Positions 55,012 through 64,000 of a stretch of DNA of 64,000 nucleotides are shown here, piece after piece. The stretch comes from an uncultured Candidatus Saccharibacteria bacterium (GTDB taxonomy: Bacteria > Patescibacteriota > Minisyncoccia > Phycocordibacterales > SBAW01). A model generated the notes under the pieces. It was given only the letters and a program-made list of their open reading frames with translations, did not search any database and had not been told where the DNA came from. The stretch lies in assembly GCA_964615415.1 (NCBI GenBank), contig CAZTNI010000001.1, positions 25,290 through 89,289 of the forward strand, in the 5' to 3' direction. The position numbers and the translations under genes were made by a program. Each line of letters opens with the position of its first letter. The stretch's first letter is position 1.

Positions 55012-56694
55012 ATGGTGCAGTTCGCTGACACAGAACAAAATCGACGCATCGCTTTCCTTAAAAACCGAGAGGAAGAAGAGCTTGCGCAAATGCTCTCTAA
55101 AAAATATGGGGTTGAGTATGTCGACCTGTCTCTTGTTGCGGTCAACGTGGATGCGTTGCGTGTTTTAAACGAGAAAGAAGCACGAGATGCCGAAGCGGCC
55201 GTATTCGGCAGAGTTGCAAAACGCTTAAGCCTTGCCGTACGCGCACCGGAAAATCCGAAAGTAAAAACCTTGGTGCAAAAGCTGCAAGACGCTGGCTATG
55301 AAGTTGCCGTGTTTATGACCTCCCAAGAAAGCCTGCGACGCGCGTTCGCACGCTACGCCGACCTGTCGTATGCGACAGAAACAAAAGCGGGTGTATTTGA
55401 ACTGTCGAATGAAGAAGTTGAGCAGCTGCTCGCGAAGGTAACGAGTCTTGCGGATATTGGGAAACTCATTACCGAAGCAATTACGCTAAAACATACGTAT
55501 CGTATTACCCGTATTCTGGAAATTATTCTTGCTGGCGGTCTTGCCACTGGCGCGTCGGACGTACACTTTGAACCCGAAGAAGAACATATTCGCCTACGCT
55601 ATCGCCTCGACGGCGTATTGACCGACGTGCTTACGTTCGACCACGACACTTATAAACTCGTACTCTCTCGCCTTAAACTGCTTTCAGGATTAAAACTCAA
55701 TATCGTTGCCGATGCACAAGACGGTCGCTTCAGTATCAAGGTAAAAGGATCCGAAATCGAGCTGCGTACTTCAATACTGCCTGGCAACTATGCGGAAACA
55801 GTGGTGCTTCGTATTCTTAACCCTTCCGCTATTAGCGTACAACTAGAAGAACTTGGATTAGATGATGCGCTGCGGGTGCGTATTGAAAAAGAAGTTGCTA
55901 AACCAAACGGAATGATTTTAACTACCGGACCAACTGGTTCCGGTAAAACCACCACCCTCTACGCATTTTTGCGCAAAATAAATAAACCTGAAACAAAAAT
56001 TATTACGATCGAAGACCCGATCGAATACCACCTGCAAGGGATCGTACAAACACAGGTTGATAAAAAAAATTACACTTTCGCCGCAGGTTTGCGCTCAGCG
56101 CTCCGCCAAGACCCAGACATCATCATGGTGGGAGAAATTCGTGACAGTGAGGTTGCCGAAACTGCAATCAATGCTGCATTGACCGGCCACTTGGTGTTCT
56201 CTACCCTTCACACCAACAATGCGGCCGGGTCCTTCCCCCGCCTCATTGACCTTGGGGTCAGTGAAAAAGTACTTTCATCTGCAGTCAACGTTGCTATGGC
56301 CCAACGCCTGATCCGCAAACTCTGCAAGGTATGTAAAAAAACTCGGCCCGCTACCGCGGAGGAAAAAACACTGATCGATCGAGTTATGGCAGGTGTGCAC
56401 GACCGCTCACTTGTACCGCAAGACACCTCTACTATATATGAGGCTGCAGCCGAAGGGTGTGCCGAGTGCCACGGCCGTGGTTATAAAGGCCGTATTGGTA
56501 TATTTGAGGCCATTTTCATGGACCATGCCATCGAAGAGATTCTTCGCTCTAGACCATCTGAGCGTGAAGTGGCAGAAGCAGCAAAACCGCAAGGCATACC
56601 AACAATGCAGGAGGACGGGATATTAAAAGTATTGCGCGGTGTTACCACTATTGAAGAACTTTCGCGCGTTGTCGATCTTGACGCTCGCACGTAG
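55012..56694 (+). CDS. pilB: Type IV pilus assembly / T2SS ATPase (PilB/GspE)
   Basis: ASDVHFEP, QDGRF, GPTGSGKTT, IEDPIEY, LRQDPD, TGHLVFSTLHTN, tetracysteine motif. Confidence 0.93.
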   Translation: MVQFADTEQNRRIAFLKNREEEELAQMLSKKYGVEYVDLSLVAVNVDALRVLNEKEARDAEAAVFGRVAKRLSLAVRAPENPKVKTLVQKLQDAGYEVAVFMTSQESLRRAFARYADLSYATETKAGVFELSNEEVEQLLAKVTSLADIGKLITEAITLKHTYRITRILEIILAGGLATGASDVHFEPEEEHIRLRYRLDGVLTDVLTFDHDTYKLVLSRLKLLSGLKLNIVADAQDGRFSIKVKGSEIELRTSILPGNYAETVVLRILNPSAISVQLEELGLDDALRVRIEKEVAKPNGMILTTGPTGSGKTTTLYAFLRKINKPETKIITIEDPIEYHLQGIVQTQVDKKNYTFAAGLRSALRQDPDIIMVGEIRDSEVAETAINAALTGHLVFSTLHTNNAAGSFPRLIDLGVSEKVLSSAVNVAMAQRLIRKLCKVCKKTRPATAEEKTLIDRVMAGVHDRSLVPQDTSTIYEAAAEGCAECHGRGYKGRIGIFEAIFMDHAIEEILRSRPSEREVAEAAKPQGIPTMQEDGILKVLRGVTTIEELSRVVDLDART

Positions 56695-56741
56695 GAGTGT
56701 GAAAAGGCGAAAAATTCGATATACACCGTGAAAAAAATATC

Positions 56742-57018
56742 GGGTCAACGTTGTGGGAGCTACTATTGAGGAGTAGAGTGGGTATGTGCGAGAGAGTCTG
56801 CCTTTCGGTAGACAGGGTTCGAGGGAATATATCTCCAAGCAATAACACAATTCGAAATCTATCGAAAAGCGGAGGCCGCTCTTGAGGTGCACCCCCGCCC
56901 ATGCGCAAAGCGTATGAGCCGGATTGTCCTTAGAAAGGTTCCGATACCCGCGGGGGGTCGTATTGCTTGGAGATATGCTCACCCGAACCAGCAGTACAAA
57001 TAAGTCGTGCGTTGGTTC
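56742..57018 (+). ncRNA. Candidate large structured non-coding RNA (family unidentified)
   Basis: Perfect 16-bp stem 56829-56844/56961-56976, extended by 56816-56821/56984-56989; at least four nested hairpins; possible G-U-rich closing helix 56742-56751/57009-57018. Confidence 0.55.
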
Positions 57019-57083
57019 CTGGAAAAAGAAAAAGCTCCCTAGAAGAAGGAGCGCTAGAGTGATCCTAGCATACTAAAGAACGT

Positions 57084-58106
57084 ATGTCAAGCACACCGGA
57101 TATTACACCAAACGAGGGAGGGTCTCCCCTTTTTCTTGACCAAACCTTGCGTCCAGCGTCATGGAACGACTACGTGGGACAAGAAACCATCAAGAATAAT
57201 CTCCATATTTTAATCTCTGCCGCAAAAGAACGCGGAGCTCCTCCTGAACATATCCTTTTTTATGGTCCGCCGGGGCTTGGTAAGACAACACTTGCGCACT
57301 TAATTGCTCGTGAATTAGGTGGAAGTTTGCGCACAACGTCTGGGCCTGCTATTGAACGTGTCGGCGACTTAGCTGCACTACTTACTAACCTGGCACCGGG
57401 AGATATTTTATTTATCGACGAGATCCACCGCCTTTCTCGTTCTATTGAAGAGGTGCTCTACCCTGCCATGGAGTCGGGAGTGCTTAATATCATTATCGGC
57501 AAAGGCCCATCAGCACGCACGCTCGACCTCCCTCTACCGCCATTCACACTTATTGCCGCAACAACACGCGTTGCCGATCTTTCAGCACCACTACGCTCTC
57601 GCTTTTCTGGTGGTGTGTTCCGTCTTGAGTTTTATTCTGAAGACGATATTGCAAAAATTGTTGAACGCTCAGCGAACATTCTTGGTGTTGAAATAGACAA
57701 AGGCGGCATACAAGAAATTGCTCAACGTAGTCGCTCTACCCCACGTACTGCAAATTATCTTCTGAAGCGTGCACGCGACTACGCACAACTCAAGCGCGCT
57801 CCGCTGGCACAAGCATCTGTTGAAGCCGCGCTTGGCATGCTTGAAGTGGATTCCTTGGGCCTTACTCCGCTTGACCGCAAGTTGCTTACAGTACTTATTG
57901 AGCGCTTTAACGGAGGCCCTGCCGGAGTATCCGCACTTGCTGCAGCGCTTTCAGAAGAACCGGAAACAATTTCAGAAGTGCACGAACCATTCCTTTTGCA
58001 ATTAGGATTAATAGAACGCACCCCGCGCGGCCGTGTGGCGACTAAAAAAGCGTACGAGCATCTAGGAAAAGAAGCACCAGAAAACTTTAACGACAGACTT
58101 TTGTAA
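57084..58106 (+). CDS. ruvB: Holliday junction DNA helicase RuvB
   Basis: [36 protein letters not shown]. Confidence 0.98.
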   Translation: MSSTPDITPNEGGSPLFLDQTLRPASWNDYVGQETIKNNLHILISAAKERGAPPEHILFYGPPGLGKTTLAHLIARELGGSLRTTSGPAIERVGDLAALLTNLAPGDILFIDEIHRLSRSIEEVLYPAMESGVLNIIIGKGPSARTLDLPLPPFTLIAATTRVADLSAPLRSRFSGGVFRLEFYSEDDIAKIVERSANILGVEIDKGGIQEIAQRSRSTPRTANYLLKRARDYAQLKRAPLAQASVEAALGMLEVDSLGLTPLDRKLLTVLIERFNGGPAGVSALAAALSEEPETISEVHEPFLLQLGLIERTPRGRVATKKAYEHLGKEAPENFNDRLL

Positions 58107-58139
58107 AAGAAAAAGCTCCGCGCGTAAGCGCGGAGCTTT
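58105..58139. terminator. Bidirectional terminator
   Basis: AAAGCTCCGCGC-GTAA-GCGCGGAGCTTT. Confidence 0.8.
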
Positions 58140-58151
58140 ATATACAAATCT

Positions 58152-58553
58152 CTAAGCAGTATCCAGCAAAGGTTGCCACTTCTCTGAAAGACCAGGGAAT
58201 ACTTCGAGCAAGCCGGCAACCAGAACAGGGAGTGCCTCGTGGACTTTATTTACATTTTCCACAGAGATTATTTCTTTCCCTTTTGTGGAAAAACACATGC
58301 GCATTTTTTGCAGGTGATCAGTTTTGCCAACTGACACTTCGCAATAAATCTCATTCGAGCCCGCACTTCCTGCCAAATGCCACCTAATATCTCCCCCATC
58401 CCACAGCATAATGCCGTAAGCTTCCCCTTTTGGAGGACCAGGGGGCAAGAAACCCAGAAGAAGCGTGGTGACTTGGAGTATTTCCTTTCTCTTGCGATCA
58501 ACTTCTGCAGAGGAGCGAATGAGTCGCGCAATGAAATTATTATCAATTTTCAC
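58152..58553 (-). CDS. Hypothetical protein (stand-alone cassette)
   Basis: AGGAG SD before the GTG start; promoter TTGCGT-N17-TAAAAT at 58629-58657. Confidence 0.7.
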   Translation of the reverse strand: MKIDNNFIARLIRSSAEVDRKRKEILQVTTLLLGFLPPGPPKGEAYGIMLWDGGDIRWHLAGSAGSNEIYCEVSVGKTDHLQKMRMCFSTKGKEIISVENVNKVHEALPVLVAGLLEVFPGLSEKWQPLLDTA

Positions 58554-58699
58554 TGTCTACTCCTATCTCTAGGAAACCCTCTCGGGTTTGCGAATGAGCA
58601 TCTCTGCTCAGGGTTCTACCCACTTCTTATTTTACCATACTTTATTAAAATACGCAAGTATTTCCCTACTCCATTCTTTTAGAGTAAGCTCTTTTACAT

Positions 58700-59227
58700 A
58701 TGGCAGGACATAGTAAATGGGCAAAACTTAAACACCAAAAAGGTAAAACAGACGCACAGAAGAGCAAAACGTTTTCTAAACTTGTGCGTTTTATTGCAGT
58801 AGAAGCTAAAAAAGCTAAAGGAGACCGCACTGCCCCAGGGCTTCGTGCGGCAATAGAAAAAGCTCGCGGAGAAAACATGCCGGCCGACAACATTGACCGC
58901 GCAATTGATAAAGCGTCTGGCAGCAGTGCAGAACTCGAGGCGGTGCAATACGAAGCATACGGCCCAGGCGGCGCAGCAATTATTATCGACGGCTACACGG
59001 ATAGCCGTAACCGCACCGCACAAGAAATAAAACATCTTCTTTCTGAACATGGCGGCACGCTTGCTACTCCGGGCGCTGCTATCTGGGCATTTACGAAAGT
59101 TGATGGCGCACTTGAACCAACCACCACTGTTCCCCTTTCTGAAGAAGATGGGCAAAAATTAGGAACACTCCTCGAAGCGCTCGAAGAACACGATGACGTC
59201 AACGAAGTCTATACCAACGGCGCATAA
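58700..59227 (+). CDS. YebC/PmpR-family protein (short form)
   Basis: MAGHSKW, NMPADNIDRAI, YEAYGPGG, LEEHDDVNEVYTN. Confidence 0.95.
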   Translation: MAGHSKWAKLKHQKGKTDAQKSKTFSKLVRFIAVEAKKAKGDRTAPGLRAAIEKARGENMPADNIDRAIDKASGSSAELEAVQYEAYGPGGAAIIIDGYTDSRNRTAQEIKHLLSEHGGTLATPGAAIWAFTKVDGALEPTTTVPLSEEDGQKLGTLLEALEEHDDVNEVYTNGA

Positions 59228-59711
59228 TACTCGGGTCCTCGCATTTGACCCGGGGTTTGAGCGTCTTGGTGTTGCAATTGTAGAAAAACAGAGCGGCAAA
59301 GAGATTCTCTTGTATTCAGATTGCATACGCACAAGCAAATCACTTTCTTTTCACGAACGCTTGTACATAGTAGGTGCCACCGCAGTAAAACTAATTGAAG
59401 AATATAAGCCCACTGCGGTTGCGCTTGAAGAGGTCTACTTCTCTAAAAACGAGAAAACTGCTATGAAAATTGCCGAGGTGCGTGGTGTATTAGCGTATGT
59501 AGCCCGCGCAAACCACCTTCCGGTCTATGAATACACGCCCCAGGAAGTAAAAATTGCAGTTACGGGGTACGGAAAGAGCGACAAAACAGCAGTAGCGCTC
59601 ATGGTGCCGAAGTTAGTACAGGTTTCAAAACAAAAACGCTTGGATGATGAGCTAGATGCGATCGCAGTAGGGCTTACGTGTCTCGCGTCTGTACGAAATT
59701 CTCTCTCATAA
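59193..59711 (+). CDS. ruvC: Crossover junction endodeoxyribonuclease RuvC
   Basis: LAFDPG, VALEEVYF, YTPQEVK, GYGKSDK, DELDAIAV; exact start uncertain. Confidence 0.95.
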   Translation: MTSTKSIPTAHNTRVLAFDPGFERLGVAIVEKQSGKEILLYSDCIRTSKSLSFHERLYIVGATAVKLIEEYKPTAVALEEVYFSKNEKTAMKIAEVRGVLAYVARANHLPVYEYTPQEVKIAVTGYGKSDKTAVALMVPKLVQVSKQKRLDDELDAIAVGLTCLASVRNSLS

Positions 59712-59715
59712 CGTC

Positions 59716-59724
59716 TTATCCACA
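59716..59724 (+). promoter_or_regulatory. Perfect DnaA box TTATCCACA
   Basis: Intergenic, just upstream of the promoter region of the acidic peptide gene. Confidence 0.55.
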
Positions 59725-59815
59725 TGGGTTTTTAGAGGGGAGGGTTGCAAAGATTATTAGGTTTGATACAACTTCTTTCATTGGGGAAAAATTATTAGGT
59801 TAAAGAACACTAGGT

Positions 59816-59977
59816 ATGTACGACGAGTTTGAAATCAATGATCCGTTCCTCAGCCAAGACATGGACGAAGATGAGGACGAGGCTGCTCCAGGAGCAAGCG
59901 AGGATGAGTCTGATGACGACCTCGATGCCGATGAGGAGGGAGATGATCTCTCTGCGGACGACGACGAGGAAGAGTAG
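59816..59977 (+). CDS. 53-aa hyper-acidic peptide
   Basis: Not in the ORF track: MYDEFEINDPFLSQDMDEDEDEAAPGASEDESDDDLDADEEGDDLSADDDEEE; GAN codons in one frame; terminator immediately after the stop. Confidence 0.75.
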   Translation: MYDEFEINDPFLSQDMDEDEDEAAPGASEDESDDDLDADEEGDDLSADDDEEE

Positions 59978-59979
59978 CA

Positions 59980-60008
59980 AAAACCCCGGCATGCCGGGGT
60001 TTTCTTTT
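59980..60008. terminator. Bidirectional terminator
   Basis: AAAACCCCGGC-AT-GCCGGGGTTTT followed by T-rich sequence. Confidence 0.8.
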
Positions 60009-61201
60009 TACTTCACAACGATTTTTATAAAGCGGTGCTTCCCTACACGAATAGTCATTGATTTCTGAATCGGCGTAGTAATGTCCGTAAATGCCTCCCC
60101 TCCCACTTCACTAACCGCCCCTTGAGCAACCAGGCGGCGCAATTCGCTCTTCGATTCACCAAGAGAGCTCAGTGCCTCGTGGAGAGGAGATCCCTTTGCA
60201 ACGCTCACTTCCGGAGTGTTTTCTGGTACTCCTCCTTCCGTGAAAGCGGCAGTAAAACTCTGCTCGGCTTTTTCTGCGGCTTCCTTGCTGTGATACAGAG
60301 TCACAATCTCTCGCGCAAGACGCATCTTTGCTTCTTTTGGATGGCCGGCAAGAATTTCTTTCACTTCATCCATAGGCACACGCGTACAAAGCTCGAAGTA
60401 CGTTGGCACCTGTGTGTCCGCCATACTCATTACTTTTCCGTACATGTCTTCTGGTTGTGCGGTAAGTGTAATAACGTTTCCGCGACTTGAGCTCATTTTT
60501 GTACCATCCAGACCTTCGATAAGCGGATTGAGCACAATATCCTGTGGACGCTGTTTAAAATGTTCCTGAAGTGGTCGTCCTGCAAGCACATTAAATTTCT
60601 GATCCATCCCTCCCAGTTCTACATCAGCCTTGATGGCTACCGAGTCATACCCTTGCATAAGCGGATAGAGTAATTCGCGCAACGACACTCGCTTCCCTGC
60701 ATCAAGACGACGTTTAATATTGTCGCGAGCAATAAAGTCCGCAACGGAAAAGAGGTTTGCGTGTTCACCGATTTCTCGGTAGTTAAGTTTCGAAAGCCAT
60801 TCGCTGTTATAGCGCATTTCCACTTTTGAAAGATCGAGAATTTTCCCGGCTTGGTCAAAGTACGTTTTTTTGTTTTGTTCGATAACTTCCCGGGACAGCA
60901 TCGGGCGCTCGCTGTCTTTGTCTGACGTGTCACCGATAACTGCCGTAAAATCGCCCACAATAAGTACCACCTGATGCCCTAATGCTTGGAAATCGCGAAG
61001 CTTCAGGAGCGGAATAGCCCGCCCAATATGCAAGTCTGGGCTTGTAGGATCAATACCAAGCTTAATACGTAGGCGTTCCCCGGAAAGGAGTTTGCGCCGC
61101 AGGTCTGCTTTTACGACCACTTCTGACACTCCCCGAGTGAGGAGCTCATCTACTTTTTTCTCATCGGTCGAAACAGGCGCCGTCTTAGAAAACCATCCCA
61201 T
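60008..61201 (-). CDS. tyrS: Tyrosine--tRNA ligase
   Basis: KLGIDPTSPDLHIG, YPLMQGYDS, GGMDQKFN, KMSSS, C-terminal S4-like domain. Confidence 0.97.
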   Translation of the reverse strand: MGWFSKTAPVSTDEKKVDELLTRGVSEVVVKADLRRKLLSGERLRIKLGIDPTSPDLHIGRAIPLLKLRDFQALGHQVVLIVGDFTAVIGDTSDKDSERPMLSREVIEQNKKTYFDQAGKILDLSKVEMRYNSEWLSKLNYREIGEHANLFSVADFIARDNIKRRLDAGKRVSLRELLYPLMQGYDSVAIKADVELGGMDQKFNVLAGRPLQEHFKQRPQDIVLNPLIEGLDGTKMSSSRGNVITLTAQPEDMYGKVMSMADTQVPTYFELCTRVPMDEVKEILAGHPKEAKMRLAREIVTLYHSKEAAEKAEQSFTAAFTEGGVPENTPEVSVAKGSPLHEALSSLGESKSELRRLVAQGAVSEVGGEAFTDITTPIQKSMTIRVGKHRFIKIVVK

Positions 61202-61243
61202 ACAAACGATACTGTAGCATAGGATCTATCGTGATAGAATGTA

Positions 61244-63445
61244 ATGGTGAAGCGGGTGTCTCGTCATCTTCGGCATCATATGGGCCTCCTACGCCAACAT
61301 TGGCGAGCAATACTACTATGGGGAACCGTCGCCTTTTTCTTCCTTGGAGGAGCTGCTTTTCTGTGGGCGGCCACGCTTAAGATCCCGGACCTCTCTTCCC
61401 TCGCTAACAGAAAGGTCGAACAGTCGGTTAAAATTTACGACCGCACCGGCGAAGTGCTTTTATACGACCTCCACCAAAACGTACAGCGCACCGTGGTGCC
61501 GCTTGATAAAATTTCTAAAAACGTTCAAAACGCGACTATCGCTATTGAAGATCCTAATTTCTATAACCATTCCGGCATTGAGTTGCGTGCTATTGCTCGT
61601 GTTGCGGTTAACCTGCTCCTCCCGGGCGGTATTTCTCAAGGCGGCTCCACTATTACGCAGCAGGTAGTAAAACTAACAATCCTTACCGGCGACAAAACAC
61701 TAACTCGCAAGTTTAAGGAGTGGGTATTGGCATTAAAGCTCACTAAGGTCTTAACAAAAGACCAGGTCTTGGAGCTGTACCTTAACCAAGTGCCGTATGG
61801 CGGCAGCGTGTATGGCGTAGAAGAGGCCGCACAAAAGTTTTTTGGTAAGTCAGCGTTGGATGTTTCTGTCCCTGAAGCGGCCTACCTCGCAGCGGTGATG
61901 CCTGCTCCTACCTACTATTCCCCGTACGGCAATCATCGCGAGGCACTGGATGCACGTAAAAACTTGGTATTGAGCAAAATGCTTGAACACGGCTACATTA
62001 CACAGAGCGAGTATGAAGAAGCAAAAATTGCACAAGTGGAATTTCAAGCTCCCCGAGATTCTTCTATCCAAGCGCCACACTTTGTTTTTTATGTACGCCA
62101 ATACCTTGAAGACAAGTACGGTGCTGATGCTCTTGAAGAAAGTGGGTGGCGCGTTATCACAACCCTAGACGCCGACATGCAAGCAAAGGCGGAAGACATT
62201 GTATATCGCAACGCGATGGCAAATGTTGAAGCATTTAATGCAAGCAATATGGCTTTAAGCGCGGTAGACCCGCGTAATGGCGAAATACTCGCCATGGTAG
62301 GTTCTCGTGATTACTTCGATGCAGATATCGACGGTGCCTACAACGTTGCAGTATCACATCCAGGCCGCCAGCCAGGTTCTACATTTAAGCCTTTTGCATA
62401 CGCTGAAGCCTTGTTAAAAGGGTACACTCCGGACACGGTATTGTTTGACGTAAAAACGCAGTTCTCTACCGCATGTGCGCCTGATAATTTCTCTAAAGAA
62501 TATCCGTGTTTCTCTCCTGATAATTACGACGGTCAGTTCCGCGGCCCTATGACGTTGCGCAACGCTCTTGCTCAATCAATTAACGTTCCTGCGGTGAAAG
62601 TACTCTATCTAGCAGGCCTTAACGACACACTCTCGTTGGCTAAGTCGATGGGTATTTCTACACTCGGCAATCCAAACCAGTACGGACTTACCCTAGTGCT
62701 CGGCGGTGGTGAAGTAACGCTGCTCGACATGACGAGTGCGTACGGCAGCTTTGCATACGATGGTATTCATGTTCCTACTACTGCAATCTTGCGCATCGAG
62801 GATGCATCAGGAGTTGTTATAGAAGACAACTTCCGTGCTCAAGGAGTACGTGTACTTCCTGCCACTGTTGCACAACAAGTTAACGACATGCTTTCAGACC
62901 CTATTGCGCGCGAACCACTTGGTAACAGTGCTCTTAATTTTCCCGGCTACGATGTAGCGGTTAAAACTGGTACCACGAACAATTACGTAGACGCGTGGAC
63001 CATTGGCTATACACCAAACGTTGTTATGGGTATTTGGGCAGGCAACAATGACAACTCTCCTATGGAAAAACGTGTGTCTGGTCTTATTGTAGGTCCTGCC
63101 TGGAGAGAAATGATGCAGTACATTCTTGCTAATACCCCTCCTACCCCATTCTCTCGTAGTGAAAGCACTCCAACTGGTCTCAAACCAGCGCTACGTGGTA
63201 TATGGCAAGGAAATACCACGTTTACTCAAAACAATATTGAGTATGTTGAGCAATCTGTACACGAAATCCTACACTGGGTATTTAAAAACGATCCAAACGG
63301 CCCAGTACCAACCGAGCCACAAAGTGACTCTCAGTACGCGCTCTGGGAGTACCCTGTCCGTCTCTGGGCGCAACAAAATGGGTATATAGATGGTGCACAG
63401 GTTCCTGTCGGCACAGCACCCTCAACCTCGCCACAATCGTTCTAA
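61244..63445 (+). CDS. Class A penicillin-binding protein (PBP1A family)
   Basis: IEDPNFYNH, GGSTITQQ, RKFKE (transglycosylase); STFK, SIN, KTG (transpeptidase). Confidence 0.96.
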   Translation: MVKRVSRHLRHHMGLLRQHWRAILLWGTVAFFFLGGAAFLWAATLKIPDLSSLANRKVEQSVKIYDRTGEVLLYDLHQNVQRTVVPLDKISKNVQNATIAIEDPNFYNHSGIELRAIARVAVNLLLPGGISQGGSTITQQVVKLTILTGDKTLTRKFKEWVLALKLTKVLTKDQVLELYLNQVPYGGSVYGVEEAAQKFFGKSALDVSVPEAAYLAAVMPAPTYYSPYGNHREALDARKNLVLSKMLEHGYITQSEYEEAKIAQVEFQAPRDSSIQAPHFVFYVRQYLEDKYGADALEESGWRVITTLDADMQAKAEDIVYRNAMANVEAFNASNMALSAVDPRNGEILAMVGSRDYFDADIDGAYNVAVSHPGRQPGSTFKPFAYAEALLKGYTPDTVLFDVKTQFSTACAPDNFSKEYPCFSPDNYDGQFRGPMTLRNALAQSINVPAVKVLYLAGLNDTLSLAKSMGISTLGNPNQYGLTLVLGGGEVTLLDMTSAYGSFAYDGIHVPTTAILRIEDASGVVIEDNFRAQGVRVLPATVAQQVNDMLSDPIAREPLGNSALNFPGYDVAVKTGTTNNYVDAWTIGYTPNVVMGIWAGNNDNSPMEKRVSGLIVGPAWREMMQYILANTPPTPFSRSESTPTGLKPALRGIWQGNTTFTQNNIEYVEQSVHEILHWVFKNDPNGPVPTEPQSDSQYALWEYPVRLWAQQNGYIDGAQVPVGTAPSTSPQSF

Positions 63446-64000
63446 CGATTCATTGGCATCGCCAAATAAAAGAATGATGGGTCGCCTGCATCTTTAATAA
63501 GGATAGGCTTCCCTGCCCCATTTGAATGGATACGCACACTATCTCCAACTATTGCTTGCAAACTATCTGCAAGATATTTCCCATTAAAGTTAAGCGTTAC
63601 TGCTCCTCCTGAAATAGTCGCTCGCACACGCGATGTTTGTTCCCCAACTTCTGGATTACGTGATGAAAGCACAAGAGATTTATCAGAAGGATCTATTGTA
63701 AACGACACCTGCGCAAACTTATCAGCAAACACAGAAAGGGACTTTAGCGCTTGCGCAACATCTTCTCGCAACACTACCACTTCAGTAGAAAACGAAGTAG
63801 GAATAATTTGACGATAATTAGGAAACGCTCCATCAATAAGACGACTCGTGTAGTACACATCGCCAATATGGGTAGAAATTTGATTTTCGTTGTAATACAC
63901 CTCTACATCTCCTGATACGTTTTCAAGAAGACGCATCAACTCAGTAGCGTTTCGGATCGGAATAAGAAGTTGCGGCACACTTCCCCCATTTCGAAGTGAA
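63442..64000 (-). CDS. dnaN: DNA polymerase III beta sliding clamp, 5'-truncated by the window edge
   Basis: SRLIDGAFPNYRQIIP, FNGKYLAD, YLAMPM. Confidence 0.95.
   Translation of the reverse strand, partial: SLRNGGSVPQLLIPIRNATELMRLLENVSGDVEVYYNENQISTHIGDVYYTSRLIDGAFPNYRQIIPTSFSTEVVVLREDVAQALKSLSVFADKFAQVSFTIDPSDKSLVLSSRNPEVGEQTSRVRATISGGAVTLNFNGKYLADSLQAIVGDSVRIHSNGAGKPILIKDAGDPSFFYLAMPMNR

Noticed and set aside
56899-56922. Group II intron domain V-like sequence
   Set aside because: The elements are in the wrong order for the AGC-triad D5 helix, and there is no RT/maturase nearby.
56969-56984. Resemblance of GGAGATATGCTCACCC to the 20-nt hairpin core at 8605 and 30834
   Set aside because: The match is partial and gapped, and here it is part of a long helix rather than a hairpin tip; it may be chance.

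Overview
Core-genome segment of a small-genome Patescibacteria (CPR) bacterium, most consistent with Parcubacteria. This is inferred from gene content: a PG-binding S-layer-like protein, dimeric GlyRS, type-2 IleRS with a histidine-phosphatase insert, double-length ThyX, a non-canonical EF-P loop and tRNA-Arg(GCG). TGA is used as a stop (code 11). The window runs from a partial surface-layer-like gene through ftsK, recA, efp, rpsF-ssb-rpsR, five aminoacyl-tRNA synthetases, a glyA/tmk/dcd/thyX cluster, secE-nusG-rplK, eight tRNAs, ruvA/B/C, polA, pilB and pbp1A to the 3' part of dnaN, so oriC probably lies just beyond the right edge. The most interesting unexplained signals are: (1) a winged-helix gene whose own ORF and promoter carry a cluster of TGTCCT repeats bracketed by two perfect DnaA boxes, divergent from ftsK; (2) a ~280-nt highly base-paired non-coding region between pilB and ruvB; (3) a 20-nt invariant core on two different perfect 21-22-bp hairpins after two ribosomal-protein operons; (4) a tRNA-bounded surface-protein island with an Lnt-family acyltransferase and two secreted proteins sharing a C-terminal PxF[EQ]EI motif; (5) a structured repeat family near tRNA 3' ends; (6) six self-contained promoter-SD-ORF-terminator cassettes; and (7) an unannotated 53-aa hyper-acidic peptide. 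All calls were made by eye from motifs; no database search was run.
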